NCBI GenBank assembly: GCA_964016885.1
Contig: CAXHJY010000558.1
Location: forward strand, 1 to 50,723
From: Eledone cirrhosa
Taxonomy: Eukaryota
Length of the DNA stretch: 50,723 nt
Direction: 5' to 3'
The notes beneath the pieces were generated by a model. The model had not been told where the DNA came from. It made no database searches and saw only the letters and a list, made by a program, of their open reading frames with translations. Position 1 is the first letter of the stretch, and the number at the start of each line of letters is the position of its first letter. Of the stretch, positions 38,811 to 50,723 are shown piece by piece. Both the position numbers and the translations under genes were made by a program.

Positions 38811-40546
38811 CACCGTGTTATAAAAAATTGTTTTTTCTCTGTTCCTGGCTTGTAATCACTTTTTTTGTGTTGCTTAGGTCCCAAATAAATTTAAAAAAAG
38901 TGCTATTAAACAGTTAAAAGTTGGGGTTTGTAAAAATTCTAAGCTATTCACTAGAATTATTTGTATGCTGGATTTTACGTTGTATGTAAGTTTAATTTGC
39001 TTATGTTAAATGATTTTTTTTTTTTAATATATGTTTCAGTATAAAATAAAGAGTAATACCTAAAGAAAATTATAAAAGTGCAATAAAGTATAAAATTGTT
39101 AAAAAGTGGGTTAAAGAGATTTATTGATACTGGATTTTCGCACCCTGAATAAAGAGTAAGTTGTGTTTTAAGCATTCGTCTCCAGGATGAAGCAGTGGAA
39201 CTTGGTCAAGGAGGAAGTGCAGGTGACAAGTCAGAGAAGTCGACACGAACCTTTCTCAGGCTTTTACACTCTTAGGGATGGCCTCTGCTTCTGCCATGAC
39301 GTGCCTGAACTGTTTGACGTTATTGGGGTGCCGTTTGTGCCCAAGGAGTGGCGGCTATTTATAGACAGCTCCACCACAAGTTTAAAGGCTGTCCCCCTCC
39401 ACAATGGAAACAAGTTCCCGACACTGCCCCTAGCTCATTCAGTCTGCCTGAAGGAAGATTACTACAGTGTGAAAGTCCTCTTGGAAGCCCTGCAATACAA
39501 CCAGTACAATTGGGAAATCATTGGAGACTTCAAGATGGTGGCTTTCCTGCTTGGACTCCAAGGAGGCTTTATCAAATTCCAATGCTTCCTCTGCCTTTGG
39601 GACAGCAGAGCCACCTCTGACCACTACAAAAGAAAGAACTGGGAGCAGCGAACTGAATTTGTAGTTGGGACCCGGAACGTCATGTGGGAGCCACTGGTTG
39701 ATCCCAGGATTGTGCTCATGCCGCCACTGCACATTAAGTTGAGGTTGATGAAGCAGTTTGTGAAGGCTCTCAACCAAGAATCAGCCGCTTTTAAGTACCT
39801 TCTTGAGTTCTTCCCCAAGTTATCTGAGGCCTAAATCAAAGGTGGAATTTTTGTTGGACCTCAGATAAAGAAGGTGTTTGAGTCTACCGAGTTCTCCAAT
39901 AAGCTCAATAGGATTGAGAGAACAGCATGGAACTGTTTCAATGCAATTGTTAAGAGCTTCCTGGGCAACTACAAATCTGAAAACTACCAGCAACTGGTGC
40001 AGGATCTGATAAAGGCTTTTGGCGCCATGGGAAGCAGGATATCGCTTAAACTCCATATGCTGGACGCTCACCTGGAAAAATGCAAGGACAATATGGGCGC
40101 CTACTCAGAAGAACAAGGCGAACGATTCCACCAAGATGTATGTGAAAGAGATAGAGCGGAGGTACCAGGGCCACTGCAATGAAAAAATGATGGGGGTGGG
40201 GGCTAGTGCGGGAATGCGACCTGGACTACAACCGCAAATCCAGGAAATCCACTCATTTCTGACGTGTATAAGTTGCTTTATAAGTGTTATTTGTTTTTAC
40301 TTGTTTGCTTTTGATAAGCTTGTGTAATAAAATAAATATATACTCTGTTGATTTAATTATATGAACTGATAAATTTTTAAAAAATGTGTTTTTTCTTGAA
40401 AAATATGAAAATTTCGAAATATCAAACTCCTGACCTCAAACCCAAACTTCTGATTAAATAATAGTGTTTTTTTTAAATAATAATGGGATATAACAAACCA
40501 GGAAATGACACTTAGAACCGGGGAACAAAAAATATGTTACACGGTG
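38811..40546 (+). mobile_element. Chapaev3-like (CMC superfamily) DNA transposon, internally deleted
   Basis: TIR CACCGTGT / ACACGGTG, 3-bp TSD TTA (38808-38810, 40547-40549), transposase remnant inside. Confidence 0.8.
39178..40260 (+). pseudogene. Chapaev3-type transposase pseudogene (catalytic region; stop at 39832-39834 and a frameshift near 40140)
   Basis: EWRLFIDSSTTSLKAV.LHNGN, W.I.GDFKMV..LLGLQGGF.KF.CFLCLWDSRA, MPPLHIKL.LMKQFVKAL, SLKLHMLDAHL, SEEQGERFHQD; N-terminus missing; family assignment from recalled motifs. Confidence 0.8.
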
Positions 40547-41129
40547 TTATCAGTATCAATATACCTTAGCATAAGACGTTCCCTACTTTTTTAATTATAT
40601 TTTACATGTATATATTTTGACGTTTATAGGCATTTTTATGGACCGCGTTCAATATTCGCGGTCTTTCGCTCTTTGTGGGTGCTCTAGGAACGTAACCCCC
40701 GCGAATACCGGGGGACAACTGTAGAGCAATAAAACTACGAGGCAAGTTTCGTATGAAAAAAACTAACCAGAAACATGTCTGACTGGACGAGAAGAAGAAA
40801 AAAACATTGGATTAAAGAAATGTTCGGTTGGCAGTGAGTAAAGATAAAAACTGATAAATTAAATTTGATATATGTAAACATAGTTAAATATACCTTTAAT
40901 CTTGCAGTGACGCTGTTTCTGAGTCATAATCGCATAATCGAAGAAAAGGCAAAGGAAAAAAGAGTGCTCTATGTATAGAACAGAGCTATTTAATTAGAAA
41001 GTGAACAACACAATATATAACTACTCCACTACCAAAGGTTTCAGGACTCTAGACTATATTAATATACGTCTGGATCGTTCATCAGACAGAGATGTTCTAA
41101 ATATATGTGTGTGTGTGTGTGTGTGTGTT

Positions 41130-41472
41130 TTCCACCTGGGAGTGAAAGGCCCCAGTTGTTGTCACAACACGTTTCTAAGAGACGGAAACTCTGAAAAAAA
41201 AAACAAAAAAAACCCTGCGTCTTCGGAAGCATCCGATGATGTTGACCAGTTCTCCTTTTCAGGTAGTGTTTTCGGTGCTCAGAGAGTGGAATTGGTCGAG
41301 TGCAAGGCTTTTCCCCCACTTAAAAAAACCTTCAAAGCACAGACATTGATTGTTCAGGATCTGTTACAGGTTTGTGTGGCTGGCCGTAGCCTAAAAGTGC
41401 ACCAAACTCTATAATCTGACAAGCTATTGCAATACACTTAGCAGAGTTTGCAGCCATCATGTATGTATGTAT
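41130..41472 (+). mobile_element. Copy of the (TATG)n-tailed element family at 14930-15385
   Basis: Shared ...gatgttgaccagttctccttttc...gcagccatcatgtatgtatg. Confidence 0.65.
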
Positions 41473-41559
41473 GTAAAAGGTAAACAGAAATAACAACACA
41501 ATCGGTACAGTATATGGAAGGTATATATTAGGTTAACGCTTGAAATAGCGGGAAGTGGG

Positions 41560-41595
41560 TCTTAACGTTTCGGACGCTAGTCCTTCATCAGAAGA
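41560..41595 (-). ncRNA. Minimal type I hammerhead (family G), canonical Penelope-like form
   Basis: Minus strand TCTT-CTGATGA-A-GGAC tagc GTCC-GAA-ACGT-T-AAGA. Confidence 0.75.
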
Positions 41596-41849
41596 AATAA
41601 TGAGAAATTAGAAAGATTGAAGAGACGGGCAGGGCAGAATCGGAAATATGTTTTTAGGTCCATTATAATAACAGGTCCATTCATGTTGACATCTCTTGGA
41701 AAACTGTTGATGCTGGCGTTTTGTGTATGATATACTTTTTTAGAAAAGAGGAGGATGTTGCGCGCCTACCTGAAATGGGAAAAAAAACAAAAACGTTTTG
41801 TATATAGAGCTGTGTGTGTGTGTGTGTACGTCCGTACGAAGCCAAGAGG

Positions 41850-43502
41850 ATATGTGTGTGTATATGTATATGTGTATGTATATATATGCATATATATATA
41901 TATGTATATGTGTATATATGTGTATATATATACAAGTATATATATATATACACATGTATATATGTATATATATGCATATATATATATATATGTATATGTG
42001 TATATATGTGTATATATATACAAGTATATATATATATACACATGTATATATGTATATATATGCATATATATATATATGTATATGTGTATATATGTGTATA
42101 TATATACAAATATATATATATATATATACACATTATATATATATATATATACACGTATATATGTGTATATATGTGTATATATATACAAGTATATATATAT
42201 ATATACACATTATATATATATATATATACACGTATATATGTGTGTATATGTATATATATACACATGTATATATATATATATATATGTATAAATATATGTG
42301 TATATGTGTATATATATGTGTATATGTGTATATATATGTGTATATGTGTATGTATATGTGTATGTATATGTGTATATGTATATATATATGTGTATATGTA
42401 TATATATATATGTGTGTATATGTATATATATATATGTGTGTATATGTATATATATATATGTGTGTATATGTATATATATATATGTGTGTATGTATATATA
42501 TATGTGTGTATATGTATATATATATATATGTGTGTATATGTATATATATATATGTGTGTATATGTATATATATATATGTGTGTATATGTATATATATATA
42601 TGTGTGTATATGTATATATATATGTGTGTATATGTATATATATATATGTGTGTATATGTATATATATATATGTGTGTATATGTATGTATATATATATATG
42701 TGTGTATATGTATGTATATATATATATGTGTGTATATGTATGTATATATATATATGTGTGTATATGTATGTATATATATATATGTGTGTATATGTATGTA
42801 TATATATATATGTGTGTATATGTATGTATATATATATATGTGTGTATATGTATGTATATATATATATGTGTGTATATGTATGTATATATATGTGTGTATA
42901 TGTATATATATGTGTATATATATATATATATGTGTGTATATATATGTATATATATATATATATGTCTTTATATATGTATATATATATATATGTGTATATA
43001 TATATGTATATATATATATATATGTGTATATATATATGTATATATATATATATATGTGTATATATATATGTATATATATATATATGTGTATATATATATG
43101 TATATATATATATATATATATGAGGATATATATATGTATATATATATATATATATGTGTATATATATATGTATATATATATGTATATATATATATATATA
43201 TATATGTGTATATATATATGTGTATATATATATATATATGTGTATATATATATGTGTATATATATATTATATATGTGTATATATATATGTGTATATATAT
43301 ATATATATGTGTATATATATATGTGTATATATATATATATATGTGTATATATATATGTGTATATATATATATATATGTGTATATATATATGTGTATATAT
43401 ATATATATATGTGTATATATATATGTGTATATATATATATATATGTGTATATATATATGTGTATATATATATATATATGTGTGTCTATATATATATATAT
43501 AT
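41850..43502. repeat. Long (TA)/(TATG)/(TG) array
   Basis: Direct reading. Confidence 0.95.
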
Positions 43503-43506
43503 ACCC

Positions 43507-43887
43507 GAGAGAGATGACCCCTTAGCCTTTGTCAAGGCAGAATTCTAGAAGGAAAACTCTGATATAACACCTGCAACCCTGATGGTATCCAATGATGTTG
43601 ACTTGTTCTTCTTTTTGGTAAATATCATCTTGGTTAAGAGAGTGGGACTGGCTTTGTTCAGTGCCTTTGCTCACTATAAAAGCTTCACGGCACAGGCATT
43701 GCTTTATATCTGGAGATCTCTCTGCACTTGTCGTCACATGGTACCATGGGCCCAGCACTATGTGTCAATAATTGTCACAAGTGTAGTGTTTGTACCAGAG
43801 TTTTCAAGTCGCTGGCTGGACTAAAAAGTCACACTCGTTCAGCGCATCAGTAGGGGTTCTCCTACATGGATATAAAGTAGTGGCCGT
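43507..43887 (+). mobile_element. Near-identical copy of 15425-15810 inserted in a TA array
   Basis: MLGPWYHVTTSAERS.DIKQ... ORF appears at both loci. Confidence 0.75.
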
Positions 43888-44755
<868 letters not shown>

Positions 44756-44757
44756 TG

Positions 44758-44956
44758 TAAAGTTATATTTAAAATTGTTGGGTTACAACTAGTAAATATT
44801 TATAACTGATATAAAAGCACTCGACAAATATTTGGAGTATATTTACAATATTAAATAAATGGAAAACTATATTTATAAAACCATATCTATTTCATTATAT
44901 ATATAATGAAATAGATATGGTTTTATAAATATAGTTTTCCATTTATTTAATATTGT
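44758..44956 (-). mobile_element. Family B tail with a 112-bp palindrome
   Basis: 44845-44956 is self-complementary, centred on ttatatatataa, the stem-III palindrome position of the family B hammerhead. Confidence 0.75.
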
Positions 44957-49112
<4,156 letters not shown>

Positions 49113-49188
49113 ATCAAGATTTAACCAGTATTACTAGTAAGACCATTATCCAATAGAGTACTCGATACACACACATACACATATGTGC

Positions 49189-49306
<118 letters not shown>

Positions 49307-49554
49307 TTAACAAAATCAATTTGAACTGAGACAGGAGGCAAAAACCACAAAACCAATGTTTTTTTCAAATGGCACCTCTAAGTCATATATCTTAATCTAT
49401 GACAGCTACCAAAGTGATGTGTCATAATCTATGACAGCTCACAAGTCGCATGTCTTAAGTTCGGATGTTTCCTCGTTAATTTCCAGAAATGTATTTTTAT
49501 TTTTATTTTTATTTTTTCGTTTAAAATTATCTTTTAGGTGCTTGACATTCTGGC

Positions 49555-50075
49555 ATCTGGCTATTGATTGGCCAGACAAATGAGACCAGTCTGTGTCAGG
49601 TGATTGGCCAGACAAATGAGACCAGTGTGTGTCAGGTGACTGACCAGACACATTAGACCAGTGTGTGTCTAGTGATTGACCAGATATATTAGACTAGTGA
49701 TTGACCAGACAAATTAGACCAGTGTGTGTCTAGTGATTGGCCAGATATATTAGACCAGTGTGTGTCTAGTGATTGGCCAGATATATTAGACCAGTGTGTG
49801 TCTAGTGATTGGCCAGATATATTAGACCAGTGTGTGTCTAGTGATTGACCAGATATATTAGACCAGTGTGTGTCTAAGAACTGACCAGACACATTAGACC
49901 AGTGTGTGTCTAAGAGCTGACCAGACTGAGACCAGTGTGTGCCTAAGAGCTGACCAGACACATTAGACCAGTGTGTGTCTAGTAATTGACCAGATATATT
50001 AGACCAGTGTGTGCCTAAGAACTGACCTGATATCTTAGACTAGCCTGTGTCTAGTGATTGACCAGATATATTAAA
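49555..50075. repeat. 36-bp minisatellite (~14 copies)
   Basis: Unit gaccagtgtgtgtctagtgattggccagatatatta. Confidence 0.9.
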
Positions 50076-50264
50076 CCAATGTCTCGTAGTGGGCCGCATA
50101 GGATATGGGTCATCATAAGGCGGGCCGCACTAAATTGGGTGTGCCATCCAGAAAGCCAAAGAATCATAGGATTATATGGTTCAGAAGTGAATTCCATTAT
50201 CGGCGATTTTACGTTCATACTGACTTCCCCAATCACCAGGTTTTGAATGAAATAGATAGATAGA

Positions 50265-50723
50265 TATATTTCCTTATTAGCCACAAGGACGCACAAGAAA
50301 AGGGGACAAAACAAAGACATGCCGGGGATTTTACACACAATCATGTAAAAATATTGAAACAAACAAATATAACAATCGAAATCCCCAATAGGTGGGAGGC
50401 GCCACAAATGGGTTGTTTAATACCCCGTCGATAGAACAACCCTCAATTTGAGGAGCGTGTTGTGTAAGTGATCCCTTCTTCTTTTTGCTCTCTTCTTCAA
50501 CCTACAGGTTTATATACAGAGAAGGCCCAATCACTCGGGCCATTTTTGCTACATTCACCCACATTTCAGTAAATTTACTGGGGTGCAGTGCCTCTCTCTC
50601 CACTTTGATTCTCCTTCTAAAGTGGTATCTAAACAAGGGAATGAGCTGTTGTCCGGAGAGAAGGCATCTGTCCTCAGTCCTCTCAATCTCGTCCACCATA
50701 TAACCTCTTTCACCATAGCCACT
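50265..50723 (-). mobile_element. L1/Tx1-clade LINE 3' end followed by (TATC)n; runs off the window
   Basis: LLSGQQLIPLFRYHFRRRIKVEREALHPSKFTEMWVNVAKMARV, homologous to 17060-17215. Confidence 0.75.

Larger units (their letters stand above)
38439..40721. mobile_element. Tigger/pogo-like MITE hosting a SINE and a Chapaev3-like transposon
   Basis: Left ta-tagtgtacccccgggtatcgcg; right cgcgaataccgggggacaactg-ta; TA TSD. Confidence 0.65.

Overview
AT-rich animal genomic DNA, most likely from an octopod cephalopod (inferred from the recurrent tRNA-derived SINE, the TTAA-flanked MITE and the RTE/R4/Tx1 LINE mix). I cannot support any intact host gene. Almost all ORF-track entries are microsatellite translation artefacts. 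The window is a mosaic of very long (TA)/(TATG)/(CA)/(CT) tracts, minisatellites, SINEs, LINE remnants (RTE, Tx1/L1, R4/Dong-like) and DNA transposons. The latter include a Chapaev3-like element with TIRs and a TTA TSD nested in a Tigger-like MITE, plus hAT, piggyBac, mariner and Helitron-like pieces. The most striking signal is at least 15 type-I hammerhead-ribozyme-like motifs (CTGANGA-stem II-GAAA-stem III-UH-stem I) from about 7-8 distinct short repeat families. Most sit in fold-back (palindromic) insertions within (TA)n tracts, always with the ribozyme-sense 3' ends pointing outward. Several fold-back axes fall exactly on the ribozyme's own hairpins or palindromes. This fits non-autonomous Penelope-like (pLTR) or retrozyme-like elements targeting TA microsatellites. 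All folds and coordinates were read by eye; no database search was run.
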